Source: Ruditapes philippinarum (Eukaryota). From it: a stretch of DNA of 64,000 bases. Positions 12,686 through 42,451 of this stretch are shown here, piece after piece. Both the position numbers and the translations under genes were made by a program. The DNA is taken from the NCBI RefSeq assembly GCF_026571515.1, contig NW_026853088.1, positions 62,001-126,000 of the forward strand, given 5' to 3'. How positions within the stretch are numbered: position 1 is the stretch's first letter; the number at the start of each line of letters is the position of its first letter. The notes below the pieces were generated by a model. That model saw only the letters and a list, made by a program, of their open reading frames with translations. It was not told where the DNA came from and ran no database searches.

Positions 12686-14817
12686 AACAAGAGAGGGCCC
12701 TGGATCGCTCACCTGAGAAATAGGTCTAAAGGTCAAAGTGGAGCCCCATTTCACCCCAGAAGCACAATTTGAAAACAAGGGACGGCTTAATCTGAACAAT
12801 ATTGTGTACTGCCATCAAAGGGAATTTTTGTGTAAATTTATTTCAAAATTGAACCAGTGGTTTAGATGTTGTTGTTTTTTAATTTTAGCTGTGGCCACCA
12901 TTTTATTTTAAACAGTTCAGTTTGTCACTAATTGAGAGGTGAGCTAATAAAAAGATAACATAACAAGAGGGCCATGATGGCCCTGAGGTCGCTCACCTGT
13001 ATATAGGCCCCCCCGGAGCGGGGCCAGTTTAAACCCCAGGGCTTGTATTTGAACAAACTTGGAAGTCACCAATTAGAAGATGTTTCATGATGTTAAGTTT
13101 TTACTACACACATATAATGAAAAACAATGACCTTCCACTCCACCCCCCTTTCCCCCCCCCCCCCGGCAGGGCCAATTTTAACCCAAGGGTTAAACTTGGT
13201 AGACACCCATAAGAAGAAGTTTCATGCTAAACATCTAAGCTCTAGCTCATTGGTTTTTTTAAAAGAAGAATTTTTAAGTTTTTACTATACACATAATTAG
13301 TTAAAAACTATGACACCCCTGGAGCGGGGCCAGTTTTGACCCCAGGGCTTTTATTTGAACAGACTTTGTAGACACTTACTAGAAGATGTCTCATGTTTAA
13401 TATCTTAACTTTAGCTATTTGGATTTTTTCAAAGAAGATTTTTAAGTTTTTGCTATACACATATAAGGAAAATCAATGACTCCCGGGGCGGGGCCAATTT
13501 TGACCCCAGGGCTTTTATTTGAACAAACTTGGTTGACATCCATTAGAAGATATTTCATGCTAAATATCTAAGCTCTAGCTATTTGGGTTTTTTAATAGAA
13601 GATATTTTAAGTTTTTTCTATCGGTTGCTATGGCAACCAGAGTTCTGCATGGAATTAAATTCTTTTGAACAATTTTTAAAGGTGACCACCAAAGGAACAT
13701 TCCTGTGAAGTTTGGCTGAAATGGGCTTAGTGGTTTATGAGGAGATGTCATTTAAAGTAAAAGTTTACGGATGGACGCCAGACGAAAAGCGATCACAAAA
13801 GCTCACCCTGTCACTTTGTGACAGGTGAGCTAAAAAATGAAGGAAAACAAATAATGACTGGGTCAACCTCGATTCCCCTGGGCGGGTTAATTTTGAACCT
13901 AGGGGTTTTATTTCACCAAACATGGTAGACATACATTTGAACATGTTTCATCTCTACCTCTTTTGGATTTTCACAAAAAGATTTTTTAAGTTTTTACTAT
14001 ATACATATATATATAACAAAAATAAATGACCCCTTCTGGTGGGGTCAATTTTGACCCTAGGGAATTTATTTGAACAAACTTGGTAGACATTCACTAGATG
14101 TTTCATGCAAAATATCTTATCTATAGTGCTTTTGGATTTTCACAAGATTTTAAAAAAAAATACAATATACATATAAAATCAATGGAGCCCTGGGGCTAGG
14201 CCAATTTTGACTCTAAGGCTTTCATTTGAACAAACTTGATAGACATACATTAGAACATGTTCAATGCTAAATATCTTAGCTCTAGCTCGTGGATTTTCAC
14301 ATGAACTTTTTACTATATAAACAGTAAAGTAACATGTATATATATGTATAAGGAAAATCAATGAATTTTGACCCTAATGCTTTTATTTGAGCAAACTTGG
14401 AAGACATCCACTAGAAGATGTCTCATGCTCTTAGATTTTCACAACTTTTTCTTTAGTTTTTACTATATACATATAGGGAAATAAAAATAACCCCTAGAGC
14501 CGTCAATTTTGACCCTAGGGCATTTATTTGGACAAACTTGGTAGACATCTTCTAGAACATGTTTCATGCCAAATATCTAAGCTCTAGTCTTGTTTTTTTT
14601 TACAAGAAGGTTTTTGTAAAAAAATCTTTTGGTTGCCATTGCAAACATGGAAACAACTTTGGTAGAGCTTCATGCAAGGAACATCCCTGCGAAGTTTGAA
14701 CAAATTTGGACAAGTGGTTTAGGAGGAGAAGTTGTTTAAAGAAATTGTTGACGCACGGATGATGGACAACGGGCCATCACAAAAGCTCACCTTGAGGACA
14801 TTGTCCTCAGGTGAGCT
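12686..14817. mobile_element. Older Helentron-associated (HINE/pearl-like) element with internal ~165-bp repeats; hosts a nested younger copy
   Basis: AACAAGAG...GCTCACCTG head at 12686; diverged ~165-bp units at 13835-14600; end hairpin GCTCACCTTGAGGACATTGTCCTCAGGTGAGCT followed by an A-run. Confidence 0.65.
12962..13831. mobile_element. HINE/pearl-like element with about 4 internal ~165-bp repeat units
   Basis: Head AACAAGAGGGCCATGATGGCCCT plus subterminal IR GCTCACCTG; GGAC microsatellite remnant; terminal hairpin GCTCACCCTGTCACTTTGTGACAGGTGAGC; termini near-identical to 25208-26609. Confidence 0.85.
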
Positions 14818-16135
14818 AAAAACCTACCAGTAAGCTTTTGTTAAAAATTACTCCAACAATATTCACCCCAATGAAAAAACACAAAACAGAAAATGAAACA
14901 CTTGGTATTTACTGACCAAATATCAAAATAAAGATATTTCTTAAAGCAAACAAATTTTCCCCTGATCTGTCCAGACAGGACAATGCTAATTGGCATACAT
15001 TTTCGGAGCAATCATCAAGCCGATTGAAGTTAATTAAATTACATAAAGTTGTACAAGTACATAAAGTTGTAAAAGTACTTATCAACGAAAAAACAAGTCA
15101 GTATATTTATTTTTTGGTCTTGGGTTTTATTTTATAATATTTTTTACAAGAAAATTCTTTCCATACAAAGAAATTTTTCCCATAATTTTACAAAAAGTTA
15201 TTATCAAGTAGTTGACAGAAACGTTTATATACCTATAAACAAACTTATATCATTTATAAATACATTTTCATAAATTCTTTAAAAATACATTTTGTATACA
15301 AAATTTAATAGAAATAGCAGAAATTAAGAATCTATATTGTTCAAAAATTGTTCATTTCATATTTATTTTCAACCAACACATGATTTAGTTGAATTTTGGA
15401 AGCCTTAACATCAAAATTAATAATAATTGAAATGTAGAATTGCTTAAAAAATTTCCATCATGACTTTTTTGTTAGTTAATTTCTATCAAATTGTTTATCA
15501 AGTGCTTGGCATAGTTACAATTCATATGGTTTCAACACTTTTAAATATAATTCACAAACACTGAACACATTTCATTTTCTTAAGAACACTATGGTGGATC
15601 AGAATAATTATATACAGAATATGAACACATTGTCCCTTGAACACATCTTTAGTCTTAAACATCAGATTTTGAAAACATAGACCTTTGAGTTTAACCTTGT
15701 AAAACAATAGTTTAAACACACGCAAGTCCTTAACATAATATTGTATATACAATTTAGTCCCTTAACAAGTGGAATAGCTACATGACCTTCACCTTATGAC
15801 CTAAGAGCATAACTTCAGATCTATATATGATTATGATTCAGTTTGAACTTTGACTCTTAATATAGTTATCAAAACTACGATCAGAATTAAAAAATTCATT
15901 TTATGCTGCATGCATATTTTTTATATTTGTTAATCATTTATGCACTGAAATAAAGTCTTCTCATCATAACTCTTGTTATTATTAAAGAAATAGCACATTT
16001 AATATTCAAAAAGTTTTGGTTTTTGTTGTTGTTTTTTTTAAAACATTTTTGTTTCTTCTTTCCAATTTCTAAAGCAATGGCATGAATTTAGCACTTTTTA
16101 TTCTGCGATATATGCTCGTCTTCCTTGGTGCTACT

Positions 16136-33736
<17,601 letters not shown>

Positions 33737-33849
33737 CTTTAAAAAGAATTTATGAATTAGTCACCGACTATTCTTTCTATTACCTTCTTATAGTAACATT
33801 GTGATTATCAAATATAACTCTGCACCATGTTTGTTACAAGTTAATGATC

Positions 33850-36800
33850 AATTAGGGTTTAAATTTTTTTTTTATCTCAGTTTGATCAACCCTTTTTTAA
33901 AAAAAAAACGATTTTGTTTTTTTAGAACGATTTAAATTTCTTAAATAGGGTGGCAGGGCCCTTTCTAAGAAAAATCGCAATTTTTTTTTAAAGTACGTGC
34001 CAAAATTATATAAATCGCTTTTTTTCTTTTTAAAAAAAATCAAAGAGGCAGACCACAAAATTTTAAAAGTAAATTAAACACATTTAAACCCCCTCAACAA
34101 AAACAAAGGGAAGGGAAACCCAAAAACAATTATATACAATTTTAAAAATGCTCAAAAATATATTTTTAATTTTTTTAAATTTTTTAATTTTTTAATGGAA
34201 AAAAAATTAAAACAAAAAAAATCCGTAAGGCCCATAAAACCCTTTAAAATTTTGGTTTCTCAGGGCCCTTGTTTTTACTTTTAGCCCAAAAAAGGGACCA
34301 TTGACCAGAAAACCCCGGGAAAGGGGGTCCCCAAAATTTTAAAGACGAGTATAAAATTAAAAATTTCCGGGACCATACCGTACCCCCTAAATTACAAAGC
34401 ATAAAAAATTTAAAAAAATGGGGTGTTCAAAAAAAAAAATTTAAACTTTGTACAGTTATTATTTCCCACTTTTATTAACTAAATTTTCAAAATTATTTCC
34501 ACATAAATATTGCTAGATTTTTACTTTAAAATTTTTGTTGCATCAAAAGACATCCTTTTTTTTTTCGGGGTTTGTTTATTTTAAAAAAAGAAATGCTTTG
34601 TATTTTCTTTAAAATGTATTCCCGGTGGGATTTTTTGTTTCCCGATGTTCTTTAATTTATTTTTAGTTCCCCCCAAACCCATTTAAAAAACCCCCGGGGG
34701 GTAATTTTTTTGGTTTTACCCTCCCGTCCGTTTCCCCCTTTCCCTCTGTCGTCCTTTTCCGGGCCCCTCCCTTCCCCTCTGTCCCTCAAATCCGGGCCCC
34801 AAAAAAGGATCTTTCCCCATTAAACGCAAAAAGTTTTCTGGGAAAAAAATTTTTTTGAAAATTTTAAAATTTTTAAATTTTATATGGATAGATAGCAGTC
34901 TGAAAAATTAAAAGCACGGGCTTTTTTTTTTTTCTTCCTGTCTTTTTCTTTTTTCTTTTCCCTTTTTTGAAAAAACTTTTGGTTTTTATGGCAAAAATAG
35001 GCCCCCTTTAAAAAATTTGGGAAAAACAAAAAAATATTTGTCATTTTTTCCCCCAAAAAAATAAAAGGAAAAAATTTTTTTTTGAAAATAAAAATATATG
35101 TTTCTGAAACATTCCAACCTCCCTCTATGTTGGGCAAGGTTTAACAACTTAAGGGACAAAAATCCAAAAATTAACCCCCCCCCTTTAAATTAGGGAAATT
35201 TTTATGAAAAATGAAAGATTTTTTTAATTAAAAACTTCTTTATTTTTTATAAAAAAGTATCTAAATATAAAACTTCATAATATTTCGTGTCTTATCATTA
35301 CTTTAAGTCACTTTTGGGGGAAGGGTTTAAAAGTCCCAGCTTGACTATTTTAAAGGAAATTTTCAGAACCTAATAGCACATCCTCCCCAAAATCCACATC
35401 AAAAATAATATGACAAGGGGTTTTAAATCTAGCGGGCCAATTTTCCCCGAATTATATCCCCCCTTAAAAATTTTTTATTTTTTCCCCTTTCCCAAATTTT
35501 TTTTAAATTTTCTTCTTTTCTTCCATGGATTTTCTTCAAATTAAAAAAAAAAAAACATTCATTATCAAAAAACCTACTTTTTAATTTTAAAATTAGAATT
35601 ATAAAGGGCATGGGGGTTTTCCCTGATTTTTTCATTCCCCAAATTGAAAAAATTTTTTTGGGAATTTTTTTTTTTTTTTTTTTCCCCTTTTTTTACGATA
35701 AAAAGAATTTTTTATTTTTTTTTTTTTTTTTTCACTTTTCTTTTTTTTGACTATTTAAAATTTCCTTCCCCCTAAACTGGAGTTATTTTTTTAAACCAAA
35801 AATCATTTATACAAAGTTCATTTTTTTTTTCGAAGTTATCCCCCCTTTTTAGTTTAAAAAATTTGGGTTTTAAAAAAAAAAAGGTTATTAAAATTTTTTT
35901 TTTTTTTTTCCCCAAAAGGGGGGCTTTTGGGCAGGTTTTTGTTTTTTGTTTTTTCCGTTTTTTTTTTAAAAACTGTTTTTCCTTTAGATTTAATTTTTTA
36001 AAAACATTAGAAAATTTTTTTCCAAAAAAAATTAATTAAAAAAAAAGAGAAAAGTTTGAAAAAAAATCAGTTATACATATTCACCCCTGAAAAAATTGGA
36101 TCTTTTGATTATCTGTTTGTAAACATAATAATAAAATTTAACACATATATGATACAGACAAACTAAAAACACAAAAATTTTAAAAGTTATTCATGTCATT
36201 CATTCTTTCCCCAATACATACATATGTAATTCCCAGTGACCATTGGCCCTTGAGAATTGCTGGGTTCTAATCCATAGGGGACTAATGGATTTTTGGGCAA
36301 TACTATGATAGTTGCGGTTATATGGGAATTTAAAAAAACAAATACCCTTTTCAGCCCTAAAAACCCCAAATATTCACCACATTTTAATTTAATGACAATG
36401 TTAAAAACGGTTATTTGTATAAATTATAAAACTGAAAATTATTCTCAATCTAATTTGCAGGGGTTTTAAAATAATTTTTGCCAAAAGTTTTTTTTCAGGA
36501 AAAATATTAAGGTACAATGTATATTCAAAGCATGTCCCCAGAAGTTTACAATTAATAGATTTTAAAAAATTCAAAGCACACCCACCACCCCTTATAAGGG
36601 GCGCTCACCCCCCTTAATTTGACCAAAATGAAATTTTCAGCCATAAAAAAAATTTTAAAAAAAATTTTAAAAATTCCCCCTTTTTTTTTTGGAAAACCCA
36701 AGGTTTAAAAGGCCAAAAAAAAAACCGGGACCTTTTTTAAAAACTTTCAAAAATTGTGTCCTTTGGGGGCAAATCTAATCCCATTTTATTTTTTTTAATT

Positions 36801-37050
36801 TGTTTCCCAAAAAAACATGAAAGTAAAAAAACCCAGAAAAACTTTAATTTTTTTTTTAAAAACAGGGCAATGAAAAAATATATTTTTGAAAAAAAATTTA
36901 AAATTTTTAAAATTATTAGGGCTTTAAAAATAGTTTAATGATAATACTTTTTAAACGGGGAAAATTTTAAAAAAATTTTTTTTTACCTTTTTTGTTTTTG
37001 CTTTCTTAGTAAAATTAAACAAAAATTTTAAATTTTTTTTTTAAAAAACC
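33850..37050. other. Low-quality (unpolished long-read-like) consensus block
   Basis: Abrupt switch to sequence dominated by homopolymer runs of all four bases; contains a garbled HINE-like end at about 34660-34800. Confidence 0.8.
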
Positions 37051-37056
37051 GTTCAT

Positions 37057-38793
37057 TTAAAAGGGGAATAAAAATTTATATATACTAAGAACATCTCTTT
37101 TGTCTCCGCAAAAAGACAATACTAATCGTTTTGTTTTACTAGTGTAAGCTGCGGCCAACGGTTTACGCCTTTCACTTATTTTCCAATTTAGTACAGTTTC
37201 CATCTTTTTACCATCGATATGGACACGCTGAACTCCATTCTGCTGCCAAGTACAGACATAAAGCTGTCCGGGTGTAGTTACAGTAAGTCCTTTATAATAC
37301 GTGCCAATGTCTTTATTTATACACTGAAACACCATCTTCCCTCCCATATCTAAAGCTATAACACCATTTATATAGTCAGATACATACATGGTCTTTGATT
37401 TTGGATCAATAGTTATGTAAAGTGGGTATCTAAACACACCTTTTGAAAGGCGTATTTTTTTGCTGAATTCACCGGACGATTTTAATACTTGTATTTCTCT
37501 TTCCGAAGACCAACCGGACGTGACATACATTTCATCCTCATGGAATGTTATTCCATAGCAATCAATGCTTAGTACGTGACTTCTGTCTTTCTCAATATCT
37601 TTGGTCCCAATTTTAAAAATTTGCACCATTTTCTCATTTGGCAAAGTGACAGCAATTTCTACATGAGATATTGTGGCAATATCTCTGGGAGAAGAGTTTA
37701 AAGTAGTACTGGAAAGCGGTTTGTAGTCAGTACCAAACAATTTCACGTTTTTGTTAGAGTCGTCTGCCAGAATCACTCGTCCATCAAAAAGGAATGTGGC
37801 CCCTGTTATGTAGCAAGGTTTCTTGTCCGTTCGTACCCTTACTTTAATGTCATTTGCAAAGTTGGGTTTTTTGTGTTCGCTGAAACTTTGTATCGAAGAG
37901 GTTATGGATGGTTCATATTCACGTGAATGAACAATTTCAATCGTAAGTTCCCCTAACTCTTTCAATCCACCAAGGAATTTTTCTATACTAGTATCGGGTA
38001 TAAAGCGAAATACCTCTCTCTGGGGCATTGGCTGTATTCGCGCAAGAACTTCTGCATACGTTTGTACAACGCCCTGAACACGTTTGGTCCTTATAAACAT
38101 TTCTGAATCTGATTCCTTTAAACTGTAATCCAGCTGCTTGTATGCATCGTTTAAGATATTGATAGCAGTCTGTGAAGTTTTAACATGACTTTTCACCAAT
38201 TCACTTCTCTCAACACATATTTCAACTTTCTTTTGGTTGACAGCATCTTCGAGATTATTTAGAATCCCATTTATCGATTTCCGAAACATTTTGATTGAAG
38301 AATCAACAGCATCCAATTGTTGTTCGATCGATTTTATATAGTCTTCCTTTTGCATTTGCACCTCTTTAAACGAATTCTGCATCCTTTTAATGGTCGATTC
38401 CAAATCTTTACTCATCCGGAACGCTCTTTTTCCTACGGCTGCTTCATTGAGCTGTAATACTTTCTTACACACTTTGTGATTGGTTAATATGCAAACGCTG
38501 CAACAAAGCGCCTCATGCGTCTCGCAATAACTGATTAAAACGGCTCCATGATCATGACATTTTTCTTGAATCCTTGTAGAACTTTTGACAACCCGTTTCT
38601 TAGTTAAACTTATTAAAACATGCGATCTTGTTATCGGTGCCTTGACGTGGGATTTTGAACAATATGAACAGAAATGTCCGTTGCAGTCTTTACAATATTT
38701 CACAGCTACCATTGGTTTTCCAGCAAATCTGCACGGATCACAACTCAACTCCGATGCATGTAAGTCGACACTAGCTTTTCGGACGGAATTCAT
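37057..38793 (-). CDS. RING-less TRIM-like protein: B-box1, B-box2, coiled coil, NHL-like beta-propeller (578 aa, single coding exon)
   Basis: CDPC..AVKYCKDCNGHFCSYCSKSH..H (B-box1); CHDH..YCETHEALCCSVCILTNH (B-box2); helical region at about aa 125-255; propeller motifs ITGATFLFDGRVILADDSNKNVKLF, PRDIA and PLYITIDP..MYVSD. The last few residues abut the low-quality block. Confidence 0.9.
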   Translation of the reverse strand: MNSVRKASVDLHASELSCDPCRFAGKPMVAVKYCKDCNGHFCSYCSKSHVKAPITRSHVLISLTKKRVVKSSTRIQEKCHDHGAVLISYCETHEALCCSVCILTNHKVCKKVLQLNEAAVGKRAFRMSKDLESTIKRMQNSFKEVQMQKEDYIKSIEQQLDAVDSSIKMFRKSINGILNNLEDAVNQKKVEICVERSELVKSHVKTSQTAINILNDAYKQLDYSLKESDSEMFIRTKRVQGVVQTYAEVLARIQPMPQREVFRFIPDTSIEKFLGGLKELGELTIEIVHSREYEPSITSSIQSFSEHKKPNFANDIKVRVRTDKKPCYITGATFLFDGRVILADDSNKNVKLFGTDYKPLSSTTLNSSPRDIATISHVEIAVTLPNEKMVQIFKIGTKDIEKDRSHVLSIDCYGITFHEDEMYVTSGWSSEREIQVLKSSGEFSKKIRLSKGVFRYPLYITIDPKSKTMYVSDYINGVIALDMGGKMVFQCINKDIGTYYKGLTVTTPGQLYVCTWQQNGVQRVHIDGKKMETVLNWKISERRKPLAAAYTSKTKRLVLSFCGDKRDVLSIYKFLFPF

Positions 38794-40684
38794 GTTAAAT
38801 GCGATGAAGTTATTTTTAGTTCCCCTTGTTTCGTTACAGTTCTCTACGCTATAATGTTAGTCCTTTATCAACTGCAGTCTATATTCAAAACTTTTAAGCA
38901 AATATTTTTCACTTCATGTTTGTTATGTTTAGTTGATAAAACACATTCTCTGATATTGTCACAAGTCACCGTTACAGTTCATTTCGGACAATTATATTGC
39001 TTTTGTTTTTGCTCATGCTGAAAATAATGTGTGAAACATGATATCACTTGTATTTCAGTAGATCTATTGATTAATATATGAACTAAATGGCCCTATCAAA
39101 TTGTTTAATTTTACATTTGTACTTACTTTCAATCTTACTTTCTGACTATGAAAAAAAGTTTTTCATGCACAAAAAAGGCATAATTTGTATGAATCCTTTT
39201 TCACTGAAATCTTTTAGAGGAGATCCACTGAGAAAGATAGATCTGTTTGTTAAAGTAGCGTGTAGAAATCTCATATTTTGCTTTATTGAATTTGTTGCAC
39301 CGGCTTTACCGGTTTAATAATATTCACGTAATAGATTAATGCATTTCTGCTTTGTTTTGCATATATCATATTTATTTAAATTGCCTGCTTATAAATATAA
39401 AGACGATTTTTGTGTAACATAATCATAATATTTGTTTTTTATAATACTTGTTTCTTCGTTTTCAGGTTTTGCGCCGATTTTAAAGCATTATTTGATTATA
39501 TCTCGACGGAAAAAGCACCTTATCGGCTTTGCTGGATAACTAACAAATAATAACGTATTTGTTCGCAAGCGATCAACTATTCAATCTAGATGAATTTTGA
39601 TTCAGCGACGATAGACAAAATATCATTAGACTGAATAAATGAAATCAATTGTCTCGTCGCACGCGGATCTTAAATGTACAGCAAACCCTGGAATACTTAT
39701 CCAATGCTGTCCCTATAGGATTTAACTCAATACAGGATTGGAGCAATACCTCTAGACTCTTGCTGAAATCATGATCACAAAATAGACAAATACGATATTT
39801 TCACCGAATATCACCTTTTACATTCCTCATCGTATATAAATCGGTGTGAAAAGTTGAATTAGACGTTTTAAGGTGAAAAGGCGAGATTTTAGCATTTTTT
39901 CATTCAAGCGTCTTGTCCGGTACATACCAGAATACGGTATTAAGGTGGTGCTCAAATCCGTTTTTATTTGTTTGGGTCGTCAGACCAAACAAATAATGGT
40001 AGCGAAATTTCAGAGTCTAATGTTGTTAATTGCAAATGCCGAAAGTAGTCCACTTTTTTGAAGCGGTTACTTCCCTTTTGTATGTACACTAAAGCCGAAA
40101 AATTCAGGGGAGATCACTGCGTAAAGATGGTCAAAGACAGGCGCATCAATTTTCAAGCAAAGTAATTCCCGAATGGTCGAAGATTTCTAATATTGTTTTA
40201 TTGTATTTTCTGATCGAAAATAACTAAATACAAAGCGGACATTCAATCTCTGACACTGAAGTTTACGACAAACCTAACAACAAGTAGTTCTCAAAACAGC
40301 TTTAAACTAGCGATTTAAAAGAAAGAAATATTTTATTTTGTTACAAGTATCCAACAAATTACAACGCATTTAAAGTTTAACAATAGCGTTGGCTTATAGA
40401 ATTGTCAATAAATGCACAATCACAAATTACGCGGATGAATATGATTTTATCAATGAAAATACTATTAATTACCGAATACTACACAAACCGAGTAGTGGAA
40501 TATATAGATTCTACAGGTCGGACTGTTTGGGCGAGAGGATTTTCGCTAAAATATTTACTTCAATTTTAAACAACAGGTTTACCCTGAACAAAATACCTCG
40601 AAATTAATAAGGATTACAAACCCGAAATGCAATGGAAGTTCTAAATTTAGAATGACTTGATATTATTCAGACTTCTGTGTATAA

Positions 40685-40770
40685 TTTATCCGTGGTACAG
40701 TGGTAACGCGCTCGCTTAGTGAGTGAGAGGTCTCGAGTTCGAATCCCAGTCGAGGAAATTTTTTTTTTTG
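40685..40770 (+). pseudogene. tRNA-Pro-like Pol III cassette (pseudo-tRNA or SINE head)
   Basis: A-box TGGTACAGTGG; anticodon arm CTCGC-TTAGTGA-GTGAG; AGGTC variable loop; B-box AGTTCGAATCC; T11 terminator; acceptor stem poor. Confidence 0.6.
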
Positions 40771-40786
40771 TTAAATTCTTTTTTAA

Positions 40787-41580
40787 GGTGGACCATGGGT
40801 AATGCATAAACTCCATTTTGAAGAGTATTCAAATAGGCTAAATTCGCTTGCAAACTACATTGAAATTGAGGGGCGTGGGTTCAAGCCCCAGATGGGGCAA
40901 CTTTTTTTCTTTCTTTTTTTCCTTTTTAACATTTTTTATGTATCTCTCTGATCCCTTATGAAAGAAAAAAGGGTTTGATTTAAATTATATAATTATTGTA
41001 GGTATTTATTTGCTAAATAATGACAAAATTAATAGAAAATATGATACCAGATATTTTTAAAGTTTAATAAAATAAAAACTACACGGTAAAAGTATTTTAT
41101 ATTTCACAGGATCAACCAATATACCTTTAAAAAAATTTAGGCAAACTTTGAAAACAGCCCCTCATTATGGTAAATTTTAGGAATATTTTGAATAAGGCAT
41201 TTTAGATAGGGAAATGGTAAAATTAGTGTTTAAAGTGGGTGGGGTAGGGTAACATTTTTATACATATTAAGAACATTTTGTTTAGAAACAAACATTTTGC
41301 TTGTGTAATTTGTTACCTGAATGTTACTATTTGTTTCTTAACAATGGGTAATAGAAAAATATTTTTTATAATGATGATATTACAGATTATTTAGAGTTTC
41401 TTCATTTCTGAAAATAAGCCCTTCTAATGGCAAAGTCTTAGTTTAGAAATATAGCCATAACTCATAAACCACACGGTAAATTTTATTTAAATTTTGCATA
41501 CAGTTCACCTTGAAGACATATAACTGTCCTATGTTGTCAATTTTACAGTTCCTTATGGTGCCCATTACCCATGGTCTACA
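40787..41580. mobile_element. MITE with TTAA TSD (Kolobok-like)
   Basis: TIR GGTGGACCATGGGTAATG / CATTACCCATGGTCTACA (2 mismatches); TTAA on both sides; carries a B-box-like GGTTCAAGCCC followed by a T-run. Confidence 0.7.
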
Positions 41581-41954
41581 TTAAGTGTTTTTGTTAAGGA
41601 AGTAGGCATGATATGCAAGGATAAAGTGTGGCTGTCGTAAGAAATGAACATAAATGATTTTTTGATGCAACTCTAGTTATGCAGAATTCCCTATGTATCA
41701 AACTCTGGTGCCTTGCAAAATGAATTATAATACATAAAAATAAACCTATACAGGAAAATGCATACAGATATACAGTTGATTTAGATTGCAAAGATCAGAA
41801 AATACCACAGAACTTGCAGCCCTTTGATTCTTTATAAATATAAATGCTTATAGTAAGCTCCAGGATTATTTACATCTGTGTTAAACAACAGTTAAAGTCG
41901 TTACAAGCCCTAATTTAGAATAATATGGTTTTCTTCAGCCCGTTCACATATAAA

Positions 41955-42040
41955 TTCACCGTGGCTGAAGGGTTTTCGGGCTCGCTTAGGAAGCGAGAGG
42001 TCTGGAGTTCAAATCCCAGTAAAGGTAACTCATTTTTTTT
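41955..42040 (+). pseudogene. Second tRNA-Pro(AGG)-like cassette
   Basis: CTCGC-TTAGGAA-GCGAG-AGGTC...GTTCAAATCCC resembles eukaryotic tRNA-Pro; followed by T8; D-arm and acceptor stem degenerate. Confidence 0.55.
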
Positions 42041-42451
42041 CTAATTGTTAAAGTCAAATAAACATTGGATTGAATATCAGTGTTGCAATTAGTCTTATAG
42101 CCAATTTACTACAATTAAAACGCTGAAAAGCATTGGTGGCACTATACATATAATCTCACAACCTGCACCTTTCTTACATTCTGAGACCCAAACAAATTCA
42201 GCGCCTTCTGTGCTTTGATTTAGTCTCACTCCTACCTAAAAAACTTACGGGGCAGACTTAACATGTTTACATACATTGCTGTGAACATGCTGGTGTAAAC
42301 ATAATAATATAGGTGAACATTGTTTACATAATTTAAGATATCGTAATAGTTATAACAGCAGGAATGAAAACTCATAAAGTCGTTTCACACTTTATTCGGA
42401 AAACATGCAGTTTTCATGTATTAAAAAGTAACTCTTTTCGTGTCCAAAGAT

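Noticed and set aside
34880-36938. K/F-rich ORFs and homopolymer tracts as a novel low-complexity locus
   Set aside because: The pattern matches base-calling error; a known repeat end is garbled here and a known exon is garbled the same way at about 56714.
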